In this document: in pieces, positions 47,910 to 55,907 of the stretch | Layout: each line of letters starts with the position of its first letter | Numbering within the stretch: the stretch's first letter is position 1 | Source of the DNA: Acidimicrobiia bacterium | Lineage (GTDB): Bacteria; Actinomycetota; Acidimicrobiia; IMCC26256; JACDBD01 | Reading direction: 5' to 3' | DNA: 64,000 nucleotides | NCBI GenBank assembly: GCA_050743365.1 | Contig: JBOGFI010000072.1 | Coordinates: forward strand, 25,667-89,666 | Position numbers and translations under genes: made by a program | Notes under the pieces: model-generated | The model's database searches: none | What the model saw: the letters and a program-made list of their open reading frames with translations, nothing else | What the model was told of the DNA's origin: nothing

Positions 47910-48764
47910 TTGACGCCGAAGCCCGCGACCAGGTCGTCCGATCTCGTGCTGGCCACCGTTCTGACCCATAACGATCCGGAGGCCCTCGCAGGCTGTCTCG
48001 CGGCGATCGCTCGTCAGACCCGGCGGCCCGACGCCGTCCTCGTCATCGACAATGGCAGCTCTCCGCTCGCCCGCGCCGCGGTCGACCGGCTCGCGGGCGA
48101 ATCGTGTGCCACCGTGCTGCGCTTGAGCGCCAATCTCGGGCCCGCCGGCGGGCATGCCGCCGGCCTGCGAGCGTTCCTGGCCGGCCCTTGCGATGTTGCG
48201 TGGGTCATGGACGACGACTGCGTGCCCGAGCCAGATTGCCTCCAGGCGATCCTGAGTGCCCGTGAGGCGCAAGACCGCGACGGCGTGTTGTTCCCGGCCC
48301 AGACCGATGAGGTTGGCGTGGAGCGCAACTGGCCGGGCTGGTTCGCAGTGCTCGTGCCGCGCGCGGTCGTCGATCGAGTCGGCGTGCCGAGGGAGGAGTT
48401 CTTCTGGTGGGCGGAGGACACCGAGTATCTCCAGTGGCGCATCCCCAGGGCCGGCTTCCCCCTGCAGTGGGTCGCGGGAGCACGAGTGCAGCACCGGAGG
48501 CGACAGGCCACGGGGCCCAAGCCGGCATGGAAGGTCTATTACGAGGCCAGGAACAGCGTGTACTACCGGCTGCGAGTCCAGCGACCCTTCCAGCGACCCC
48601 TCAGGATCCAAAAGGTCTCCCGGCTCACGAGGGCACTGTCGAGAACACTATGGTCCTTGATCACCGAGAGCCACGATCGTCGGAACCGCTTGCGTATGTT
48701 CGCCCGAGGCATCTTCGACGGGCTCCGGGGACGCCTCGGCCGAACCGTCGTGCCCGAAGCCTGA
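47910..48764 (+). CDS. Glycosyltransferase family 2
   Basis: Motifs are ATVLTHNDPEALAGCLAAIARQTRRPDAVLVIDNGSS and a DxD motif (MDDDCVP). The start is uncertain: TTG at 47910 or GTG at 47946. Confidence 0.75.
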   Translation: MTPKPATRSSDLVLATVLTHNDPEALAGCLAAIARQTRRPDAVLVIDNGSSPLARAAVDRLAGESCATVLRLSANLGPAGGHAAGLRAFLAGPCDVAWVMDDDCVPEPDCLQAILSAREAQDRDGVLFPAQTDEVGVERNWPGWFAVLVPRAVVDRVGVPREEFFWWAEDTEYLQWRIPRAGFPLQWVAGARVQHRRRQATGPKPAWKVYYEARNSVYYRLRVQRPFQRPLRIQKVSRLTRALSRTLWSLITESHDRRNRLRMFARGIFDGLRGRLGRTVVPEA

Positions 48765-48786
48765 GTCGCCGCATCAGGAGCTAACG

Positions 48787-49683
48787 ATGTCCGACGGTCG
48801 TCCCCGGGTAAGCGTCGGCCTTCCCGTGTACAACGGGCAGGCGTTCCTTGCCGAGGCAATCGAGTCGATCCTTGCCCAGGACTTCACCGACCTCGAGCTG
48901 GTCATCGGTGACAACGCGTCGACCGATGCGACTCCGGAGATCTGCCGCCGGTACCTCGGCGCCGATGGAAGGGTCTCGTACCTCCGTAGCGAGGTGAACC
49001 GGGGCGCGGCATGGAACTTCAGCCGGCTCGTGGACGCCGCCCGGGGCGAGTACTTCAAGTGGGCCGCCAGCGACGACGTTTGTGCGCCCACATACCTCTC
49101 TCGCTGCGTCGAGGTACTCGATCACCAGGCGGACGTCGTGCTCTGCTCGACGGGAACCGTCATGATCGACGAGCGGGGTCAACCGATCGGGCCGCTGGAG
49201 ATCACGAACCACGGGACCGCGGGCGAGCCGGCGGAACGATTTCGGGATCTTGTGCTCCGGCCGCACAAGGCCTTCTCGGTGTTCGGCGTGATCCGACGAG
49301 ACGCCCTCTGCGAAACGCCACGGCTGGGCGCCTACACGGCATCCGACCTGGTGACACTGGCCGAGCTCGCGCTCAGGGGGCGGTTCCACGAGGTGCCGGA
49401 ACCGCTGTTCTTCAACCGTGACCACGGCGGGCGCTCGATCCGCGCGAATCCCACCTACAAGGCGAGGCAACCCTGGTTCGATCCGAACCGGGCGGGCAGG
49501 ATCACGCTTCCTCGGTGGCGGCTTGGCATCGAATACGCGCGGGCAATCGGTCGCGCTCCGCTGTCCTCCGTTCAGCGGAGGCAGGCGTACGAAGCACTCG
49601 CGAGGTGGAGCTGGGCCAATGGGCTGTCACTCGGCAACGACATCGTTCGCGCGGCCCGCGACCTGGGCCGGTTCTCTCAGTAG
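48787..49683 (+). CDS. Glycosyltransferase family 2
   Basis: The N-terminus is MSDGRPRVSVGLPVYNGQAFLAEAIESILAQDFTDLELVIGDNASTDAT. It is a paralogue of 52955..53893. Confidence 0.85.
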   Translation: MSDGRPRVSVGLPVYNGQAFLAEAIESILAQDFTDLELVIGDNASTDATPEICRRYLGADGRVSYLRSEVNRGAAWNFSRLVDAARGEYFKWAASDDVCAPTYLSRCVEVLDHQADVVLCSTGTVMIDERGQPIGPLEITNHGTAGEPAERFRDLVLRPHKAFSVFGVIRRDALCETPRLGAYTASDLVTLAELALRGRFHEVPEPLFFNRDHGGRSIRANPTYKARQPWFDPNRAGRITLPRWRLGIEYARAIGRAPLSSVQRRQAYEALARWSWANGLSLGNDIVRAARDLGRFSQ

Positions 49684-50531
49684 CCGCCCAACACGCCGAG
49701 TTTGCGGCCATACTCGAGTGACCGCCCGTACAGCCACAGGCCGAGCGGGTAGACGACGGCGATGAAGGTCGCGAGCATCAGGACTGCCTGGCCGGTGGAG
49801 GGACCGGAGATCGCCGAGCTGTCGGCCATCAGGAGCCGCCGCATCGCGCTGAGGGCGTAGGTCTGGGGAAGGCAGTAGGCGACGATCTTCAGCGGCAGCG
49901 GGAGCAGCGCCACCGGGAACACGACGCCGGCCAACACGGAGCTCGCGAGCGTGTAGAGGCTGAGCACGGGGTCAGACCGCTTGGACAGGACCTTCACGCT
50001 CGCGGCCACCACGCCGATCGCGTGGCCAGCTGCGATCCCGAGGGCCAGCACCACCAGGGCGGCCGGGACGCCCACCAGCCGGAGGTCGGCGCCGAGCGCG
50101 AGGGCCGTGCCCAGCCCGGCCAATCCGGCGCCGACGCTCACCAGCACGGGCCAGCCGGCGAGCCCGAACGGGATGAGCCGCCACCGGATCGGCTCGATGA
50201 GCAGCGTCTCGAACCGTCCCTGCTGCAACGCATAGTCCAGATGGTTCCCGAAGCCTCTGAGCCCCCCGTCCATCGCCAGGGCCGTGGTCAGGCCGATGAC
50301 CGCGAAGGTGTAGTAGCTGTCGCCCACCGACGGGCCGGAGTCGACGAGTCGAGCGACGAAGTAGTAGACGATCGGTGACGTCGTCGCGCTGACCAGCTGG
50401 ATGACGAGGAAGAGCGGGTACGCCATCGCTTCCGTGTACCCCATCCAGACGAAGGCCCCGGCGACCTGGGCGCCGCGTCGAGCCCTCGTCCACGGGACGC
50501 GTAGCCCAATCCTCTGCGACACGTGCGTCAC
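49677..50531 (-). CDS. ABC-2 type polysaccharide exporter permease (Wzm-like)
   Basis: It has six hydrophobic segments and a GTGA overlap with the ATPase gene at 50528-50531. It converges on the GT2 gene with a 7-bp overlap of the two 3' ends. Confidence 0.85.
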   Translation of the reverse strand: MTHVSQRIGLRVPWTRARRGAQVAGAFVWMGYTEAMAYPLFLVIQLVSATTSPIVYYFVARLVDSGPSVGDSYYTFAVIGLTTALAMDGGLRGFGNHLDYALQQGRFETLLIEPIRWRLIPFGLAGWPVLVSVGAGLAGLGTALALGADLRLVGVPAALVVLALGIAAGHAIGVVAASVKVLSKRSDPVLSLYTLASSVLAGVVFPVALLPLPLKIVAYCLPQTYALSAMRRLLMADSSAISGPSTGQAVLMLATFIAVVYPLGLWLYGRSLEYGRKLGVLGGY

Positions 50532-51583
50532 TCCGGCGGCTCCTCGACGAGCCTGGTGAGCAGCTCACGGAGCGGCATCCGCGCTTCCTCGATCGAGACC
50601 ACGTGAGCGAGATGGCCATCCAGGCTGACGAGCAGATCGCCCGTGCGTCCCGCCACCACGGCGGTGACCGAATCCGCCTCGACCTCCACCACCTCCACGC
50701 CCGGCGTGCTCACCAGCCCCCCGGCCGCAACTCTGGCGGTGTCGGCGTCGTCGAACCGGACCACCACTCGCGGATTTTCCCAGACGTCACGCAGCGAGTG
50801 GAGGTCTCCCCAGTGCACGAGCATGCCCCGATCGAGGAACGCGACATTGTCGTGGAGGGCGTCGATCTCCTCCAGACGGTGCGAGCTCAGGAGCACGGCG
50901 AGGCCCTGCTCCTTCGTCAGGCGCTCGATGAGGTTCAGGAGCGTGTGTGAGCCGACGGGGTCGACGTTGGCAGTGGGCTCGTCGAGGATGAGGACCCGCG
51001 GCCGGTGCAGCAGTGCCCGGGCGAGCTGGAGCCGGGCGCGCATCCCGCTCGAGAGCGCGAAGCCGGTGCGGGTGCGGGCATGGCCGAGCCCGACGATCTC
51101 GAGCGTCTCGCCCACGACTGCTTCGAGTCGCGACCCCGAGAGCCCCTGGAGCCGGCCGTGGAAGGCGAGATTCTGCTCGCACGTGTGCCGGAGGTAGAGG
51201 CTCCGATCGTCGGCGGGCATGAAGCCAACGAGCTTGCGTACTCGTCTCGGCTCGCGCTCGATGTCAGAGCCCATGATCGTCGCGCTGCCGTTCGTGGCGG
51301 TGGTGAGCCCGGTGAGGATGCGGAAGAGCGTCGACTTCCCCGCGCCGTTCGGGCCGACGACCGCGCACACCTCGCCCGGTCGCACCGACAGGGTGACGTC
51401 GTCGAGCGCGCGCACCGGCTGGTCGATGGCTGAGCGCAAGAGGAACCGCATCCACATCGGCGACGGCTCGTAGACCTTCGTGAGATGCTGGACCTCGACG
51501 ATCGGCTCTTGCGTTGCCCGAGGTTCGAGCTTGGTGGGGGCTGGGTGCACGGTGCCTTCGAGGTGGATCACGCCGGGCGTCAA
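50528..51583 (-). CDS. ABC transporter ATP-binding protein (Wzt-like) with a ~100-aa C-terminal extension
   Basis: Walker A is GPNGAGKST, the signature motif is LSSGMRARL and Walker B is VLILDEP. The start is uncertain: TTG at 51583, or GTG at 51571 or 51550. Confidence 0.9.
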   Translation of the reverse strand: MTPGVIHLEGTVHPAPTKLEPRATQEPIVEVQHLTKVYEPSPMWMRFLLRSAIDQPVRALDDVTLSVRPGEVCAVVGPNGAGKSTLFRILTGLTTATNGSATIMGSDIEREPRRVRKLVGFMPADDRSLYLRHTCEQNLAFHGRLQGLSGSRLEAVVGETLEIVGLGHARTRTGFALSSGMRARLQLARALLHRPRVLILDEPTANVDPVGSHTLLNLIERLTKEQGLAVLLSSHRLEEIDALHDNVAFLDRGMLVHWGDLHSLRDVWENPRVVVRFDDADTARVAAGGLVSTPGVEVVEVEADSVTAVVAGRTGDLLVSLDGHLAHVVSIEEARMPLRELLTRLVEEPPE

Positions 51584-51593
51584 TTGAAATTGA
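51580..51593. promoter_or_regulatory. AT-rich perfect palindrome TCAATT-GA-AATTGA in the divergent wzt / GT2 control region
   Basis: Read directly from the sequence. It is the most AT-rich 14-mer I noticed in the window. It overlaps the most upstream possible wzt start codon. Confidence 0.4.
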
Positions 51594-51966
51594 TGAGCGA
51601 ACTAGGCTACCCGCGTGAGTGCGGCAGGCAGAAATTCGGCGTGATCTCCGTGCCTGGATCGGGGTCCATCGGCGCGGGCAGGGCAGCATCGCTTCCATCA
51701 CCGACGAGACCACCCGCGTCCTCGCCGACCGGTCCGCGTTCTCGATCGTCGGCGGGCGCACCGGGCGGAGCCCCGCCCGCGAGGTGCCGGGCATCCAGCA
51801 TCCGGCGTTGGACGACCGGATGGACCGGCAGGTGCTCGACTCGCTCCCGGCGGTTCGCGACCGAGCGCGGCCGCGCGAGCGCTCAGCGCGCGAGACCTCG
51901 ACTCCGGCTCAGAAGGCGCTTGTCCGTCCCTCTATGCTCCCGGCCCAGGCTCCGAGGTGGCGCGAG

Positions 51967-52932
51967 ATGAGCATGAATAGATCTCGTGCCGGCGGTCAGC
52001 GGCACTCGCCGGCGTTCAGCGTCGTCGTGCCGACCTTCAATCGATCCGCGCTGGTCCCCCGGGCGATCCGGAGCGTGCTCCATCAGACGTTCACCGACTT
52101 CGACCTCATCGTCGTGGACGACGGTTCCACCGACGAAACGCCGGACGTGCTCGCGTCCATCCACGATCCACGGCTTCGCCTCGTGCGTCAGGAGAACCAG
52201 GGCTTGTCGGCAGCGCGCAACGCGGGTGCGGCGATCGCCGCCGGTGAATGGCTGACGTTCCTCGACGACGACGACGAGGCCCTCCCCGGATGGCTCGAGC
52301 TCTTCCGACGGCAGATCAACGGCTCCGCATGTGGCGTGGTGTGCTGCGGCGGCATCATCGTCGACGAACAGGGGCGCACGCTCCAGACCGTGAAGCCGGA
52401 GCAGCTCGGCCCCGCCTACGAGAACCAGGTGTGCTCTTTGCTCGCCGGCACGTACGGCGTACGCCGTGAGCTGTTCGACGCGGTGTGCGGGTATGTCCCC
52501 GGCCTGCGGGCTTCGCACGGGACGGAGCTCGTGTTTCGCCTGTTGCCGCACTGCGTCTCCCGGGGCTTGACCGTCCGCAGCACCTCCGAGCCCGGGGTGA
52601 GAATCGAGTCGCGGCCGGCCGCGCAACGAAATCGGGGGAAGCCCGACGTCCTCCTCGACGGGGTGACGTACATCCTGGAGCGTCACCGCGACCGCATCCG
52701 ACTGTCGCCGCAGACCTTTGCCGACTTCACGTCGATAGCCGGTGTCAACGCAGCTCGCCTGGGGAGATACCGTGAAGCTCGCCGGTTTCTCGCTCAGGCG
52801 ATCCGGGCCGAGCCGCTGGCGCCGAGGCGATGGGCACGACTCCTGCTGAGCCTCGTGCCGCCGCTGGGCGACCGGGTGTGGCGACGGTGGGATGCCGGGG
52901 CGTCGAACCCTCCGCCGAAGGTAGTTGCGTGA
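51967..52932 (+). CDS. Glycosyltransferase family 2
   Basis: ATG at 51967 gives MSMNRSRAGGQRHSPAFSVVVPTFNRSALVPRAIRSVLHQTFTDFDLIVVDDGSTDET, and a LDDDDE motif is present. The in-frame upstream region back to GTG at 51619 also has high GC3, so a longer N-terminus cannot be excluded. Confidence 0.85.
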   Translation: MSMNRSRAGGQRHSPAFSVVVPTFNRSALVPRAIRSVLHQTFTDFDLIVVDDGSTDETPDVLASIHDPRLRLVRQENQGLSAARNAGAAIAAGEWLTFLDDDDEALPGWLELFRRQINGSACGVVCCGGIIVDEQGRTLQTVKPEQLGPAYENQVCSLLAGTYGVRRELFDAVCGYVPGLRASHGTELVFRLLPHCVSRGLTVRSTSEPGVRIESRPAAQRNRGKPDVLLDGVTYILERHRDRIRLSPQTFADFTSIAGVNAARLGRYREARRFLAQAIRAEPLAPRRWARLLLSLVPPLGDRVWRRWDAGASNPPPKVVA

Positions 52933-52954
52933 TGAGGTTCTCCGAGGTCGGCTG

Positions 52955-53893
52955 ATGAGCGACAACGCACCTACGGTGACCGTGGGCCTGCCCGTGTACA
53001 ACGGTGGCCAACACGTCGCTCAGTGCTTGGATTCATGGCTCGCGCAGGAGTTCGAGGATTTCGAGGTGATCGTCTCCGACAACGCCTCGGAAGATGGGAC
53101 GGAAGCGATCTGTCGTGAGTACGCGTCCAGGGACCCGAGGATCAGGTACCACCGGAACGCCAGCAATCTCGGGGCGGCCGCCAACTCGAACCGCGTGTTC
53201 GGCCTGGCGTCCGGGAAGTACTTCAAGCTGAGCGGTCACGACGACTGGTTCTCGCCCAAGCTGTTGTCACACTGCGTCGAGGTGCTGGAGAATCGGCCGG
53301 ACGTCGTTCTTTGCTACTGGCTCGAGACGATCGTCGACAGCCGAGACGACGTCCTGCGTGCCTACGACGAGAGCCAGCGCTTCGCCGTGGATTCGCCCCG
53401 CGCCAGCGAGCGCTTCCATGAGTGGTTGTGGTCCTTCGTGTCCGGTGCTCGCGGCGATCCGATCTACGGGATGATTCGAACCGAGGTGACGAGGACGGTC
53501 AGGCCCCTGTATCCCGGATTCCAGTCGAACTTCGTCTACCTTGCCGAGCTCAGCCTGCAGGGACCCTGGCACACTGTGCCCGAGCATCTGGCGTTCCGGC
53601 GTGCCAATACCGCGCGAGTCACCGTGCCGGCGATGATGACCTGGCTGGAGCCCCAGAACTCGCGGCGCGTTCGATTCCCTCATTGGCGACGCTGGTGCGA
53701 GTACCTCAGGGTGTTGCTCACGAGTCAGCAGCTGACCGCGAGGGAGAAGGCATACCTCTCTCTGAACACGTCCTACTACTTCTTCTCGCGCGACCTAAAG
53801 GGTCTGGCGTGGGATCTTCCGTACGCAGCCCGCCAGCTGATCGCGTTGCAGAAGGAAAGGCGGGCTCGACCCGCAAACGCCCCGAGTGCGTGA
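52955..53893 (+). CDS. Glycosyltransferase family 2
   Basis: ATG at 52955 lies 7 nt after GAGG. The N-terminus is MSDNAPTVTVGLPVYNGGQHVAQCLDSWLAQEFEDFEVIVSDNASEDGT. Confidence 0.85.
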   Translation: MSDNAPTVTVGLPVYNGGQHVAQCLDSWLAQEFEDFEVIVSDNASEDGTEAICREYASRDPRIRYHRNASNLGAAANSNRVFGLASGKYFKLSGHDDWFSPKLLSHCVEVLENRPDVVLCYWLETIVDSRDDVLRAYDESQRFAVDSPRASERFHEWLWSFVSGARGDPIYGMIRTEVTRTVRPLYPGFQSNFVYLAELSLQGPWHTVPEHLAFRRANTARVTVPAMMTWLEPQNSRRVRFPHWRRWCEYLRVLLTSQQLTAREKAYLSLNTSYYFFSRDLKGLAWDLPYAARQLIALQKERRARPANAPSA

Positions 53894-53918
53894 TGCGTCT
53901 CACGCATCCAGCCAACGG

Positions 53919-54464
53919 TCAGCGCCGAGACCTCGCGGTGCGGGGCTCACCGTAGGCGTTCAGCTCCTCGGGCGTCCGACCGAGCACGGCGGCGAGGACC
54001 TCCACATCGGTGGCGCGGATCGTCACGAGCCGGCTGTAGCGCTCCTCGCGCCGCCGCTGGATCTCGGCGACGAAGCGCAGAAGAACGGCAGCGTCGGGAT
54101 CGTCGGTCTTCGCGAGCCGGTTGAGATCGACCATGTATCGCAGCTCCGCCTCGGTCTCGGCGGTCTCGGTGAGGTCGATCTCGACACCGACCTCACGCGG
54201 CAGGAGCTCCTCGACCGGGACCCGGTACAACCGGGCGAGCCGCAGCAGTCGCGGCAGCGAGATCACCCGCTCGCCTCGCTCGTAGGCGCCGAGCGCCGAC
54301 GCCTTGAACTCGAGCGCCGAGCGTGCCTGCACGTCGTGGAGCGACAGTCCCTTCTCGCGCCTGACCGTTCGCAGGCGGTCGCCCACCTCCGAGCTGATCC
54401 CGTGCAGGGGGCTCCCGGTCCCTCCCGACGGCGTTATGCGCACTACGCGCGTGCCCTCGCGCAC
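53919..54464 (-). CDS. BldD-like XRE-family transcriptional regulator
   Basis: The HTH region VGDRLRTVRREKGLSLHDVQARSALEFKASALGAYERGERVISLPRLLRLARLYRVPVEELLP aligns without gaps to the Streptomyces BldD N-terminal domain as I recall it. The C-terminal region LRFVAEIQRRREERYSRLVTIRATDVEVLAAV aligns to the BldD c-di-GMP-binding region. The start is uncertain (GTG at 54464 or downstream GTGs). Confidence 0.75.
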   Translation of the reverse strand: MREGTRVVRITPSGGTGSPLHGISSEVGDRLRTVRREKGLSLHDVQARSALEFKASALGAYERGERVISLPRLLRLARLYRVPVEELLPREVGVEIDLTETAETEAELRYMVDLNRLAKTDDPDAAVLLRFVAEIQRRREERYSRLVTIRATDVEVLAAVLGRTPEELNAYGEPRTARSRR

Positions 54465-54569
54465 TGCGTGGTAAGTTTAGGGGCACCGGCGTGACTTGTG
54501 GGGGATTTCGCGGAGTTTTGTGCACCTTCCCCTGGGTATCGTGGCGGTACCGTGAGGCTGGGGCACCCC

Positions 54570-55907
54570 ATGCATCGACGTCGATCCTCGCTCGTCCGCG
54601 GGCTCCTGTGCGTCGTCGCGGCCGCGGCGGCGTGCAGCAGCGGGGGCGACTCGGCATCGGATCCCCGCACCCGACGGCCCGCCCCGACAGCCGCTGACTC
54701 AGCCGGAGCCTGTGGGCGCGTGCCCGAGCCCCGCGAGGCGGAGGGGCCGTCCGCCGAGACGGTCCTGCTGCAGGGGCCCGACGACGGCGGTCCCGCGGTC
54801 GAGGCGGCGGTGTACCCCCGGCCCGACTACCGCGGCGATCCCTGGTCCCAATGGGGCCAGGGCGTGGTGTTGGCGGACGGGCGCTTCGTGTCCGCGATCG
54901 GCGATCACCTCGGGCCCGACGGCAACTCCTACCTGTTCGTGTACGAGCCGGAACGCGAGCGCATCACCCGATTCGCCGACGTGCTCTCGCACGCCGAGCA
55001 CGAAGCGGGCGACTGGGGGTACGGCAAGGTGCACGGGCAGATGGTGGCGGGCCCGTGCGGGGAGGTCTTCTTCGGCACGTACTACGGGGACCTCGACGGC
55101 CTCCAATACGGCGGTACGTACCGGGGCGACCTGCTCTTCCGCGTGGATCCGTCGACCCTGGAGATCGAGCAGCTCGGCGTGCCGGTGCCCGAGCGGGGCC
55201 TGCCGTCGCTCGCCGGTCCGACCCCCGACGGGATCCTCTACGGGGAGGCGGTCGACCCGCTCCCGGCCGATCCCGACGCCTATCCCGGGGGCGCGTTCTT
55301 CGCCTACGACCCCGCCCGCGACCGGACCCTCTTCCGCTCGGACGACGAGCGTCACGGCGGCTTCCGCAACATCCTCGTCGACGGTGAGGGAACCGCCTAT
55401 CTGGCTACCGACGACAGCCGCCTCCTCGTCTACGAGCCGGGTTCGAGCGAGCTGCGGGTCCACCCCGAGCGCCTGCCCGGCGGATGGCTCCGAGCGTCGA
55501 CTCTCCCCGCGCCCGACGGCACCGTGTACGGCGTCACGAACGAGCCGTTCAATCTCTTCGCGCTCCGGCCCGACGGAAGCATCCGCGACCTCGGCCCCGC
55601 CGGTGGCTACACCGCGTCGCTTGCCCTGCACCCGGATGGCCGTCGCTTCTTCTTCGTGCCCGGTGCGCACGGCGATTCGTGGCAGAAGGGGACCCCACTC
55701 GTCGCGGTCGATACCGACACCGGTGAGCAAGAGGTCGTCGTCGAGCTCAACCAGCTGGCGGAACAGGAGCTGAACCTCACCTTGGGCGGGACGTACAACG
55801 TCGCGGTCGACCCCTCAGGCGAGCGCGTCTACGTCGGGTTCAACGCCGGACCTGATCGCGACGACCCCTGGGGCCAAGTGGTGCTGGTGGTGGTCCACCT
55901 GCGATGA
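54570..55907 (+). CDS. Hypothetical secreted lipoprotein, beta-propeller-like
   Basis: ATG at 54570 gives MHRRRSSLVRGLLCVVAAAAACSSGG, a lipoprotein-type signal. The repeated YG/DG-rich strands suggest a propeller. No family was recognised. Confidence 0.6.
   Translation: MHRRRSSLVRGLLCVVAAAAACSSGGDSASDPRTRRPAPTAADSAGACGRVPEPREAEGPSAETVLLQGPDDGGPAVEAAVYPRPDYRGDPWSQWGQGVVLADGRFVSAIGDHLGPDGNSYLFVYEPERERITRFADVLSHAEHEAGDWGYGKVHGQMVAGPCGEVFFGTYYGDLDGLQYGGTYRGDLLFRVDPSTLEIEQLGVPVPERGLPSLAGPTPDGILYGEAVDPLPADPDAYPGGAFFAYDPARDRTLFRSDDERHGGFRNILVDGEGTAYLATDDSRLLVYEPGSSELRVHPERLPGGWLRASTLPAPDGTVYGVTNEPFNLFALRPDGSIRDLGPAGGYTASLALHPDGRRFFFVPGAHGDSWQKGTPLVAVDTDTGEQEVVVELNQLAEQELNLTLGGTYNVAVDPSGERVYVGFNAGPDRDDPWGQVVLVVVHLR

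Noticed and set aside
54465-54569. BldD-box (AGTGA-n-TCAC-like) autoregulatory site upstream of the BldD-like gene
   Set aside because: Only a weak partial match (cGTGActtgtg) was seen by eye, which is not enough to call.
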